Under the pieces are notes generated by a model, which saw nothing but the letters and a program-made list of their open reading frames with translations, searched no databases and was not told where the DNA came from. From an uncultured archaeon (GTDB lineage Archaea > Asgardarchaeota > Lokiarchaeia > Sigyniarchaeales > SOKP01): DNA of 32,681 nucleotides. The stretch spans positions 3,692 to 36,372 of the forward strand of contig CAZIEC010000005.1 of NCBI GenBank assembly GCA_964538145.1, given 5' to 3'. How positions within the stretch are numbered: the stretch's first letter is position 1; every line of letters starts with the position of its first letter. The translations under genes and the position numbers were made by a program. This document shows, one piece after another, positions 8,797-17,939 of the stretch.

Positions 8797-10110
8797 CAAT
8801 TCAAAATCATATTTTTGAAGAATTTTGTTAATTTCTCTCATACGTTCTCGAATATTTTCTATATCTTTTTCCTTCAACACCAAAAAACATGACAAAATAT
8901 TGTGAGATTTAGTATCTGGCTTTTCAAGATTAATTGGTGGAGTAATCATTTCAGGAATTTCTGATACTATTTTTGGTATGATATCCTCCTCAATCTTGGA
9001 GAATTTATCAGAACCGTTATAAATTAATTCATGATGAAAAAATTGAGAAAAGCCATCAAATTTTAGATTGATATTTTCAATTTCATCAGTGTTCATGAAT
9101 AATAGAATTTCAATAGGATTCATGTTTAAAACTTTTCTTAAGCCTAAATACGATGTTGTTAATCTTGGATTCAATTCTATGAAAGAAAAGGAATTATCCA
9201 TTTTCCTTATTAAATCAACACCAAAATAGCCCCTAATTTTCATACGATTGAATTTTTGTAAATGGTCTTGCAATTTCTCTTGAATTAATGAATGGTTCAC
9301 TGCTGGCGCTTGTCCACCTATATAATTTAATCTTCCTTCTTTTTCTTCCAATTTTATGTATTGTTCATTAATACATAAGAGGATATTTTTTGAAAAATCT
9401 TGATTTTCTCTTTCAATAAACGGAGAAACAATTGAGAGACTTAAATCACTTCCGTTAACAAATTCCTGTAACATGTACTGTCTATTTAAATCCAAATTTT
9501 CTCTTACATTATTGAAAATTTGATTGACTTTACTCGTAGAATTAATGTAGAAAATGGATTCGGCGCCAACTCCATCTACAGGTTTAAGGATTAAAGGTGT
9601 TTTAAATTCTTTGAATTTTTTTAGGATAAAAGACTTGATTAGCGAAATTTTTCTTAAAGGTATTGTCCAAGTTTTAGGCACTGGAACACCTATTTTTTTA
9701 AAAAATTTTATTGTTTTTACTTTTGAAGTCCCTATTTTAATTCCATTTATATTTGTACTGAGGATTTTTTTTCCTAATTTCTCAGCTTTAAGTGAAAGAT
9801 TTAATAAAATATTAGAAAATTCTGGAGCGATAATAAAAGCAGAATCACATTTTTTAAGAGCATTAGAAAATTTGATAATAAAGTTCTCATTTTTATTAAC
9901 AATTTCAATTTTACTTGCATCTAAATATTTCGAAAATTTATAAATCCTATGATCTAATAAAGTTTCTACTTCAATATTTAGGCGATAAAAATCTTTGATA
10001 ATGCTTCTTAACATTCCAAATCCTTCTGAAAATAAAGATGACGGAATTTCTTGATTGATAAATCCTCCACCAGAGATAAATTCAAAAATAAAAATTCTAT
10101 TAACTTTCAA
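8770..10110 (-). CDS. ATP-grasp fold ligase, COG1821/MfnD-like (tyramine-glutamate ligase-like), with extra C-terminal region
   Basis: The N-terminus IFIFEFISGGGF...SEGFGMLRSII fits the COG1821 pattern. The ATP-grasp core reads ILKPVDGVGAESI ... FIELNPRLTTSY. The start is TTG. The 3-prime end overlaps the convergent gene by 27 bp. Confidence 0.55.
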   Translation of the reverse strand: MKVNRIFIFEFISGGGFINQEIPSSLFSEGFGMLRSIIKDFYRLNIEVETLLDHRIYKFSKYLDASKIEIVNKNENFIIKFSNALKKCDSAFIIAPEFSNILLNLSLKAEKLGKKILSTNINGIKIGTSKVKTIKFFKKIGVPVPKTWTIPLRKISLIKSFILKKFKEFKTPLILKPVDGVGAESIFYINSTSKVNQIFNNVRENLDLNRQYMLQEFVNGSDLSLSIVSPFIERENQDFSKNILLCINEQYIKLEEKEGRLNYIGGQAPAVNHSLIQEKLQDHLQKFNRMKIRGYFGVDLIRKMDNSFSFIELNPRLTTSYLGLRKVLNMNPIEILLFMNTDEIENINLKFDGFSQFFHHELIYNGSDKFSKIEEDIIPKIVSEIPEMITPPINLEKPDTKSHNILSCFLVLKEKDIENIRERMREINKILQKYDFELLKRYDQNN

Positions 10111-10254
10111 CTTAAAACCTTAAAATTAGTAATTGTATTTAGAAATTTTTAACCTATTTTCTAAAAAATTTAAAAATTATATAGATGGGTTTTAATTTGA
10201 TGAATTAATTATTTTAAATAACTTAAATTTAACTAAAAACTTAATGTATAAATA

Positions 10255-11490
10255 ATGTCGTTTTTTGACGAAGAACTTACTCGTCGTATTCGATATCTTC
10301 ATTTTAAAATCAAGCATTTAGAGAATGCTTTAGATAGAGAAGACGAGAGTTTTAAATTAGACGATTTGAACCTCATTTTAGAATATACGAGGATATTAAA
10401 TATCAACTATCAAAACGAAAATCATCTAAGAATACTTAAAAAACTTGAAATTACGCCAGCATTCCAAGATCCCAAAGATAATAAAAGTATAGAGATTAAA
10501 GATATAATGTTTGAATGTGCTCGAGCACTATGGGTATTAGCTAGGGCTTATAGCCACCTTTCTGAGAATTATGAAAAAGAAAATGACTGGGAAAATGCCA
10601 TAATCGCAATGGTTGAAAGCAGCAAGATGTTTAAAACAGCAGCATATTTTAGTGCTGCCGCAGTATATCAACGTGATTTTGGAACAACTTTAGATCCTAG
10701 AAATTTAGAATTAAATTCTGAAGAAGCAAGAACCCTAGCACAAAGTATTGCCGCTTTGAAGGAAGAAACCTCTAATAATAAATATTTTGCATCTAAACTA
10801 TATTCTGGCCTTTCACATTTGTCAAAAAGAATATTCTATCTGAAAAATCACGATGAAAAGAAAAGACACCAACTAAGAGCGCAATTTCATTATGATATGG
10901 GAAAATCATGTCAATTAAAGGCACAAGCTTCAATAGAATCATCCATTACTCCATTACGCAAGGATAAAATAAAAAAATTGCAACAAAAGGCAAAATTTTA
11001 TTATGAAAAGGCGAAAGAAATATGGAATGATATGCTTAATAACATTTCAAATTTGACCGAAGGAGAAACAGAAAGTATTCAAGATAATATATCAATCGTG
11101 GAAGATCACTTGAATGAATTAGATGTAGAAACTTTAGATTATGAAAATATCAAGAAAATTCAAGATCCAGAGCCGATCATAATTATTCCCGAAAATTTAG
11201 CACCATTCGTTCCTAAAAACACAGTATATCTTACTAAATTTGTCCCAAAAGACTTGAATGTTAAAAGATTCAAGGAATTCATGAGTAAAAAGTTAGAACC
11301 GAAAATTACATATAGTAAAAGGGAAAAATTAATCGATAAAAAAGCCGGAATAGTTAGGACCATCAACGAGTTAAAGATACTTCGAGAAAATAATGAAATA
11401 ACCGTTGAAAAATTTGCAGAATTAATGGAGAAATACACTACTAAGTTAAACATGATCGACACGGCAATAGAAAAGTTAGCTAAACAATAA
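10255..11490 (+). CDS. Hypothetical all-helical protein (411 aa) with coiled-coil C-terminus
   Basis: Long uninterrupted ORF with an ATG start and coding-like composition. I recognise no secure motif. See the finding on this gene for a weak Bro1-like pattern. Confidence 0.6.
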   Translation: MSFFDEELTRRIRYLHFKIKHLENALDREDESFKLDDLNLILEYTRILNINYQNENHLRILKKLEITPAFQDPKDNKSIEIKDIMFECARALWVLARAYSHLSENYEKENDWENAIIAMVESSKMFKTAAYFSAAAVYQRDFGTTLDPRNLELNSEEARTLAQSIAALKEETSNNKYFASKLYSGLSHLSKRIFYLKNHDEKKRHQLRAQFHYDMGKSCQLKAQASIESSITPLRKDKIKKLQQKAKFYYEKAKEIWNDMLNNISNLTEGETESIQDNISIVEDHLNELDVETLDYENIKKIQDPEPIIIIPENLAPFVPKNTVYLTKFVPKDLNVKRFKEFMSKKLEPKITYSKREKLIDKKAGIVRTINELKILRENNEITVEKFAELMEKYTTKLNMIDTAIEKLAKQ

Positions 11491-11930
11491 TAAGGAAAAA
11501 GAAAGAATTTTTTCAATGTTCTAAAGTTGAAAAATCTAAATTATAACTTTTTTTATTTATTAGAACATACAAATCAGTCTCTTTTTAACTTGAAATCTCA
11601 CCAATTTTAATTTTTTATGAGAGGATTCATGACTTTAAAAAAATTTCTTGATGTATTGCTTAAATTTCTTGATTTCTCTTTTAAAAAAACTCATTATTCT
11701 AAAATTTTCAACAAGATTATAAAAAAATGTGATTTTAGTAAATTCATAATTGAAATTTAAATGTTGGAAATAAAAATCGATAAAAAAGTAGGAAAAGTTA
11801 ATCTATCTAAAAATCTTATTAATCCATTATTTTAAGATATAAAAAGATTTAGATTAAAAAATTTATATTAAAAAATGAAATTTTTTTATATGGAAAAATA
11901 AAAATATTAATCAAAGTAAAAATATTTTGG

Positions 11931-13646
11931 TTGAGAAAATTCTTGACAGCCTTAAGCGAGGAAGAAATTGAAGCTTTAAAAAAGACTCATCCTAAGAAAA
12001 AAATACTTAGAATAATCTTCCTAGTTGTTGGAGTAAGTATCATGCTATTAGGTCTTTTATTCTTGACTATAGGATACGATTTTAAGATAGAATTAATGGG
12101 TATTAACTTTTCTTTTGCAATAGACATAATAATAATCATTATTGGGATGATTTTAGCTTCTAAATTTTTCATTGCTCCCTATTACATAAGAGAAAATTCG
12201 ATTACAATAAAGAATTTGAGAAACATGAGGGAGCCTGTTGAATTCTTTATTAAATTTAACTCTTTAGCCCTCACTAGGTTAATTGTAGCAATACTTCTGA
12301 TCATAGCAGGCATCATTTCATTAGAAATCTTTGGAACGGGAGTAGGGCACGAATTGGAGTATGGTAGTGCTGTCTTTCTTGGTGGACCCTCATGGTTTTA
12401 TGTAACTGGCCTTCCAGCTTTGGGATTTGGTTTTGGATTGTTATTGTACTTCTTCCTAAGCATATTCAGAGGGATATTCTCTAAGTCAAAAAATTTTTAT
12501 TTCTTTTATGAGATTAGACCCGGTTTTCCTTGGTTAACAGAGATCCCCATCAAGGATGTTGAAGCTTTCAGGTATCAAAATAATCATCTTGGTCCTAAAT
12601 TAACTTGGATTGTTGTTTTCATGCCATTTATCGTAATGCAATTGATGACGGCAATTCCCTTGTTTTGGGCAGAAAGAGCAGGTCCAGAACATATCTTATC
12701 TTGGACTTTTGTAATCATCTCTATTATTGAAATCATTTCTGTAATAATTCTTGTATTTTTTTACCAAGAGTATTATGAAATTGCTACAAATACAAAATTA
12801 TATGAAATGTGGTTCGCTCCTGTAAAATTCAAGAATAAAGAAAAATTTCATGAAGAATTTCATAAATTATTGAGTTTTGGAAATGTTGAATCATTTAAAG
12901 AACGTGAATTGGGAGAATTGAGAGGAGAAATTTTTAAAAACGTTAAGGATAAACATTCAAACTACTATCGGTTAATACTTGGTTCCATTTTAGTCTTATT
13001 ATCCATCATAATGTTAACTCAAATGCTATTTTTTGGTCCCTTGGTGTGGTGGGTAATGATCATTTATGGTTTCATATTAATTGTTGAAGCAGTAACACAA
13101 GATTTCAGTAAAAAAGGTTCGGAACTATTCTTCTATGATGAAAGTACAAGAGTGTTTAAATCTTACAGAAAATTTTGGAAAAAATTTCAATACATAGAAG
13201 CAAAAAATGTTAAGGACATTAAAGTTACTTATCGGTTAAGAAGTTTAGATTTTTTTGATGTAGCAAGCATTACTTGGTTAACAATGATTTTAATCATTCA
13301 AATGGGTTTAGGTTGGTATATTTCGGATTCATTATCGCTAATTTTATATGATTTAATCAGTACTTTAGTGGGCATTCTCATTATTATAATGCTTTTCATT
13401 TATTTATGTTTTCCAATCAATGTAGTAGAATTTAAAACTTCGACTATTAAATATCAAATTCCTTTATCAATTCAGGCTTCGAAGAAGAATTTTATTGAGA
13501 ATATTAAACAAAAAATCACAACATTTAAGGAGACATTTAAAGATAATGAATTAAGAAGGGTTTTCTTAATAAGAACAAGAATTTTTGGTCTCATAATTCT
13601 TGGTTCAATAGTTTTCTTGATTATATATCGATTCTTTATTTTTTAA
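11931..13646 (+). CDS. Large polytopic membrane protein, unknown function, internally repeated
   Basis: 571-aa ORF with many hydrophobic helices separated by two short soluble segments. The start is TTG and the first in-frame ATG is ~38 codons downstream, so the start is uncertain. Confidence 0.55.
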   Translation: MRKFLTALSEEEIEALKKTHPKKKILRIIFLVVGVSIMLLGLLFLTIGYDFKIELMGINFSFAIDIIIIIIGMILASKFFIAPYYIRENSITIKNLRNMREPVEFFIKFNSLALTRLIVAILLIIAGIISLEIFGTGVGHELEYGSAVFLGGPSWFYVTGLPALGFGFGLLLYFFLSIFRGIFSKSKNFYFFYEIRPGFPWLTEIPIKDVEAFRYQNNHLGPKLTWIVVFMPFIVMQLMTAIPLFWAERAGPEHILSWTFVIISIIEIISVIILVFFYQEYYEIATNTKLYEMWFAPVKFKNKEKFHEEFHKLLSFGNVESFKERELGELRGEIFKNVKDKHSNYYRLILGSILVLLSIIMLTQMLFFGPLVWWVMIIYGFILIVEAVTQDFSKKGSELFFYDESTRVFKSYRKFWKKFQYIEAKNVKDIKVTYRLRSLDFFDVASITWLTMILIIQMGLGWYISDSLSLILYDLISTLVGILIIIMLFIYLCFPINVVEFKTSTIKYQIPLSIQASKKNFIENIKQKITTFKETFKDNELRRVFLIRTRIFGLIILGSIVFLIIYRFFIF

Positions 13647-13762
13647 ACTATTTTTTTTTATCTTATAAAAATTAAACCCTTTAAAAGATAAAAAATAAAA
13701 ATTAAACCAAAAATTTTTCTAAACTTAAAAAAAGTTTAAAATTTTTTAGAATTAATCTACTC

Positions 13763-14041
13763 ATGTCAGATCAGTTAAAATTAATACTATATATTAAAGA
13801 TATGATTTCGGATTTAATTTACATTAATAGCATAATTGCTACAGAATTAGTGAAGATAAATGAGAACTTAGTTGCCATGCGACGAGGAGAAGAATTTCTA
13901 AATTCCAGTTCTTGCATACCTGAACATGAAACTTTAAATAAACATTTAATGGAAATTGTTGAAAAATATAATAAAACTGAGATTAATATTCCAAGAAAGG
14001 ATGCTCTCAAAAAACACATTCTCAAACATTCAAAAAGTTAG
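13763..14041 (+). CDS. Hypothetical small protein (92 aa)
   Basis: The ORF has an ATG start and no recognisable motif. It is supported only by length and position between genes. Confidence 0.35.
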   Translation: MSDQLKLILYIKDMISDLIYINSIIATELVKINENLVAMRRGEEFLNSSSCIPEHETLNKHLMEIVEKYNKTEINIPRKDALKKHILKHSKS

Positions 14042-14128
14042 AATGTTTGATTAAACACAATATTTTTTCAAATTTATTAATGATTAATTCTTTATTGATT
14101 TAAAAATTAAAGATAGAACCGCATTAAA

Positions 14129-14848
14129 ATGAAAAGTTTAATTATCGAAGATGTTGATATTCCTACAAGAGATGATGAAATTTTACTTAAAAGCTCGATT
14201 TATTACACTGATAATACCCCAAAGATGGCACCTTTTATTGTGAATTGCCCAGCATTATTGGAGCATAAAAATAGTAAGTTTGTAAAATCATTTACTGAGA
14301 AATTCGCTGATGCTGGATATTACGTGTTATCATATGATCATCGGGGGCATGGAGAAACTGCAAAACAATCTCGTAAAAAATGGGCCAGAATGATCCCCCA
14401 AATTTTTAATGATATTCATTCAGTAATCGATTGGATTTTAGAACAAGAAAGGAAAAGACTTTTAGGAAAAAAAATAGCTTTATTTGGACGAAGTTTTGGA
14501 GGAGCTATTATTCTTACACATGGATATATTGATGAAAGAGTGAAGAAACTAATACCTTTATGCACCAGATACGATTATAGCACTACTCAGGTAAGATTTT
14601 CTGAAAGTGATATAAGAATAATGAGTCCTAAATATTATATTAAGAATGACCCTTCAAATAATGAACGCGTTCTTTTAGCACATTGCAAGGATGATGATAG
14701 AATTCCTTTTAAAAACGTGATTCAAATAAAAAATCATTTAGGTTTAAAAGATAGTAATGTTTTGATATTTGAAACTGGAGGTCATTCATTTAAAGGTCAT
14801 CGAGATGAGATTTTTAAAAAAAGCTTAGATTTTTTAAAAAGCATGTGA
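14129..14848 (+). CDS. Alpha/beta-fold hydrolase (serine hydrolase)
   Basis: The nucleophile elbow is GRSFGG (GxSxG). HRGHGET lies after strand 3. Candidate acid and His residues lie in HCKDDDRIPF and GGHSF. Confidence 0.7.
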   Translation: MKSLIIEDVDIPTRDDEILLKSSIYYTDNTPKMAPFIVNCPALLEHKNSKFVKSFTEKFADAGYYVLSYDHRGHGETAKQSRKKWARMIPQIFNDIHSVIDWILEQERKRLLGKKIALFGRSFGGAIILTHGYIDERVKKLIPLCTRYDYSTTQVRFSESDIRIMSPKYYIKNDPSNNERVLLAHCKDDDRIPFKNVIQIKNHLGLKDSNVLIFETGGHSFKGHRDEIFKKSLDFLKSM

Positions 14849-14882
14849 TTTATTTAAATGTATTTTTTTTAAAATAAGGTGA

Positions 14883-15800
14883 ATGTTATCAATGGAAAAA
14901 ATAATGATTGTTGGCCCAGCCTCTCAAATATTGGGAGTAAGAATTGCCCAGGAACTTGGTATTGAAACAATAAATACTGAAACTAAGAATTTTCCGGATG
15001 GAGAAAATTACTTAAGGTTAAATTTAGAAGATGAATCGATTCTTCAAGGGAAAGAGGTAATTATCATTCAATCAACAGGACCGAGTGCAAATTCTACTCA
15101 GAATTCTCGTTTATTTGAATTGTTAATGATGATTGATTCGGTGAAACGAATAGGTCCAGAAAAATTAATCGTAATTGTTCCTTATTTAGCATATGCCAGA
15201 CAAGATAAAATATTTAGACCAGGAGAATGTCCTTTTGCTAGGGTTATTGCTAGAATGATCAATTCTCAAAATATAGACGAATTTTATACCGTTGATGTAC
15301 ATAATCCTCAAATTTTAGAAGAATTTGATTGTAAGGCGATAAATATTGATTCAATGGAGCTCTTAGCAAATTACATCAAGTCATTAGGAGCAGAAGATAT
15401 AGTTGTTGTATCTCCTGATAAGGGATCAATTGAACGTTCAAAGGCTTTTGCTAGATATTTTGGGGAAAGTGTTCCAATAGAATATTTTGAGAAGAAAAGA
15501 GATGTAATTACTGGAGAAATAAAAATGTCAGGGGAATTAAACCTAAAAGGTAAAGATGTGGTCATTGCAGATGACATCATAGCAACGGGAGGGACGATGG
15601 CAACTGCTATAGAATTATCAAAACAAAGTGGGGCGAAAAAAGTCTATGCTGCTGCTACTCATGCTTTAATGTTAGGTCAAGCGAAGTACAGAATCATGAA
15701 AGCTGGAGCCGATGAAATAATTGGTACCGACTCTATTGATAATGAGATGGCAAAAGTATCTTTAGCAAAAACCATAGCCGATTATTTAGCATATGACTGA
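14883..15800 (+). CDS. prs: Ribose-phosphate pyrophosphokinase (PRPP synthetase)
   Basis: VPYLAYARQDK and the PRPP-binding loop VVIADDIIATGGTMATA are present. A GGTGA at 14878-14882 is better spaced for the in-frame ATG at 14892, so the true start may be 14892. Confidence 0.9.
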   Translation: MLSMEKIMIVGPASQILGVRIAQELGIETINTETKNFPDGENYLRLNLEDESILQGKEVIIIQSTGPSANSTQNSRLFELLMMIDSVKRIGPEKLIVIVPYLAYARQDKIFRPGECPFARVIARMINSQNIDEFYTVDVHNPQILEEFDCKAINIDSMELLANYIKSLGAEDIVVVSPDKGSIERSKAFARYFGESVPIEYFEKKRDVITGEIKMSGELNLKGKDVVIADDIIATGGTMATAIELSKQSGAKKVYAAATHALMLGQAKYRIMKAGADEIIGTDSIDNEMAKVSLAKTIADYLAYD

Positions 15801-15930
15801 TTCTTTTAATTAATGAATGGATTATTTCTTTAATTTAAGAATTTATTTTTTAAAGTTTTTTAGTTAGTAACTTTTAAATTTGTAAATTTTTACTAAGTTT
15901 CTAATTAAAATAAGATGATTACTAGAATTT

Positions 15931-17526
15931 ATGTTAAAGAAAAATTTGATTTATTTCATAATATTAATTATCATTGTAATTTGCTCATTTTTGTTATACA
16001 TGATATCTCTATCTTTTTATCCCATTTCTTATGGTCCAGATGGGCCATATTATGATTTGCAAGTAAGATACATCCTTACTACTGGATTCCCGGAAAGTAA
16101 TGATCCTCCTTTAGTTTATTATTATTTAACTATCTTTGTTTTATTAACAAATAACTCCTTCTTAGGAATAAAGTTAGGAATGTCCGTGATCGCTGCTGCA
16201 ATGGCGATACCTGCATATTATTTAACGGGCATATTTACGGAAAAAGTCGGTATTGAATCAAAAATTCCTTGCTTGCTTAGCGCCTTTTTAATAACTTTCA
16301 ATGTATATTGTCTTAGAATGATTGAAGATTTTATGCAAAATTTAGCCGGAACTTTTTTCATTTTGGTTTTTTTATATTTTACTACAAAATGGTTTGAAAA
16401 TATGAAACAATTGTATCCTAATGGCATTCTTGCATTTCTTGCATTTACATGTGCGATATTTTGTCATGTTTTTACCGCAGCTCTAGCTCTTGCATTATTT
16501 GGAATCCTTTTCATTTTTAATCTTTTTATAAAAGCAATTAAAATGCGTAAATTTCCTAAGAAAGAATTTTTAATAATCATAATTCTCATTATTTTATCTT
16601 TAGCAATATTCATACCTTTAATAATCTTGTATCCTACGACCATTACAAACTTCATATCTCGATTTAAAAGCTTTTTTAATTCAATATTTAATGCTGATTC
16701 AAAAATAAATGAGATATATAGATTTGGTTTTTTAGTTTTCCTTAACATTCCTTACATCCTAGGAATTTGGTGCACTTTTTACTTCCTAAGTAATAATTTA
16801 AGGAAAAATGTTTCAAATCGAGATATTAAATCTTTTCCTGATAAAACTTATTTAGCTTTTTCATATATATTTTTAGCAATTTTATTATTCCTCTTAATAA
16901 TAATTCCCTCTACATGGCAAGAACAATTCTTATTAATGGCATTTCTTCCAATTGGTTTGATTATTCCATTAAGCATTATTTTAATCTTAAATTGGTTTAA
17001 AAAATTAAACAAGCTGCATCAAAAAATGAGAACAATACTAATTTCGATTATTTCAATCATTTTTGCATTATCTAGTGCACTTATAGCCCTTAGATTCGTG
17101 CCAAAAATGGGCCCTATAATTACAATGGGAGAATACAATGAATTAACAATCATCGCTAATTCTTACATTCCAGATGAAGTTAATGTATCTGGAATAATTT
17201 TTGTTTCAATACTTCACTTTGGATATTGGGTTGAATATATCCTAAAAATGGATTACTTTACTGGAAATTTGGAAGAAAAAGCAACCAATTATATTGGTAA
17301 ACCTATTTATGGGATCTTCAGATATAATATGGAACAAATGCCCTTTGATCCTAATTATATTTATCCATGGAATCCATTCTTACCTTATAGTGAAAACACG
17401 TTAATTAGAGAATCTTTCAATTTACCAAAAAGCAGCCAACCTCCACCACCTTTTGGCATTGTAATTTTCCACGGGGGTTATTTAGAGATGAGATTATTAT
17501 ATTACTCTAATGGTACAAAAGCTTGA
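15931..17526 (+). CDS. Polytopic membrane protein, possibly a GT-C fold (PMT/ArnT-like) glycosyltransferase
   Basis: 531 aa with ~12 or more helices. The first loop is acidic (YGPDGPYYD) and there is a C-terminal soluble region. The family assignment is tentative. Confidence 0.45.
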   Translation: MLKKNLIYFIILIIIVICSFLLYMISLSFYPISYGPDGPYYDLQVRYILTTGFPESNDPPLVYYYLTIFVLLTNNSFLGIKLGMSVIAAAMAIPAYYLTGIFTEKVGIESKIPCLLSAFLITFNVYCLRMIEDFMQNLAGTFFILVFLYFTTKWFENMKQLYPNGILAFLAFTCAIFCHVFTAALALALFGILFIFNLFIKAIKMRKFPKKEFLIIIILIILSLAIFIPLIILYPTTITNFISRFKSFFNSIFNADSKINEIYRFGFLVFLNIPYILGIWCTFYFLSNNLRKNVSNRDIKSFPDKTYLAFSYIFLAILLFLLIIIPSTWQEQFLLMAFLPIGLIIPLSIILILNWFKKLNKLHQKMRTILISIISIIFALSSALIALRFVPKMGPIITMGEYNELTIIANSYIPDEVNVSGIIFVSILHFGYWVEYILKMDYFTGNLEEKATNYIGKPIYGIFRYNMEQMPFDPNYIYPWNPFLPYSENTLIRESFNLPKSSQPPPPFGIVIFHGGYLEMRLLYYSNGTKA

Positions 17527-17563
17527 AATAACATATGTTAACTTTAATAATCTTCAATTAATT

Positions 17564-17629
17564 TTAGATAAGTGTTCTTAAACTTTTTTTCAATTTTTCT
17601 TCTGAATTGTTGTTATAGATCACGACATT
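17564..17629 (-). pseudogene. Orphan fragment homologous to the 3-prime end of the UPF0200 kinase gene at 19490..20041
   Basis: The minus strand reads NVVIYNNNSEEKLKKSLRTLI-stop, compared with DYVIYNNNSEEELKKKVRTLI in the intact gene. The nucleotide block 17557..17624 aligns with 19512..19580 at high identity by eye. No kinase sequence lies upstream of the fragment. Confidence 0.55.
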
Positions 17630-17939
17630 AAGGAAGAAGCAATGAATAAAGTAAAAAAAGCTTAGGATAATGGATTAATCCCCATGATTGGAAAATAAAA
17701 ATGGGATTCGGAAGTCATAGGATTTCCAGACAGAGGAAATTTTATGACTACATGTTGCTGTTGCCTTTTTTGTTGTATTGTGGGAAAAAAGAAATATGAA
17801 ACAGCAGAATTTAAAAATGTGATGCGAAGAATTGAGGGTATTAATGTAAAATTTGACGAGGACTTATAGATTGGATGGCAGAAATGTAGTGAACTCAATA
17901 CATTTGAAGGGATGGAAACACTTAAAAGTAATAGCTTAA

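Noticed and set aside
9554-9943. 129-aa plus-strand ORF inside the ATP-grasp gene
   Set aside because: It is an antisense shadow ORF. The ATP-grasp frame carries the recognisable motifs.
11160-11516. 118-aa minus-strand ORF overlapping the 3-prime end of 10255..11490
   Set aside because: It is antisense to the longer ORF. Its hydrophobic, low-complexity product is typical of the reverse frame of Lys/Glu-rich coding sequence.
11617-11760. 47-aa ORF (MRGFMTLKKFLDVLLKFLDFSF...) in the 440-bp spacer, containing a 12-bp direct repeat AAATTTCTTGAT
   Set aside because: It has no SD-like element and no motif, and its composition is indistinguishable from the AT-rich spacer. It is unsupported as a gene.
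13665-13708. 14-bp direct repeat ATAAAAATTAAACC (13665-13678 and 13695-13708), considered as a mini-array or CRISPR-like repeat
   Set aside because: There are only two copies, they are almost pure A/T, and they lie in a promoter-type spacer. This is most simply low-complexity sequence or duplicated TATA-like sequence.
17662-17898. 78-aa minus-strand ORF (TTG start) in the 17.5-18.2 kb gap
   Set aside because: It has no motif and a TTG start. It overlaps pseudogene-like remnants on the other strand. It is probably spurious, although the whole gap deserves a BLASTX search.
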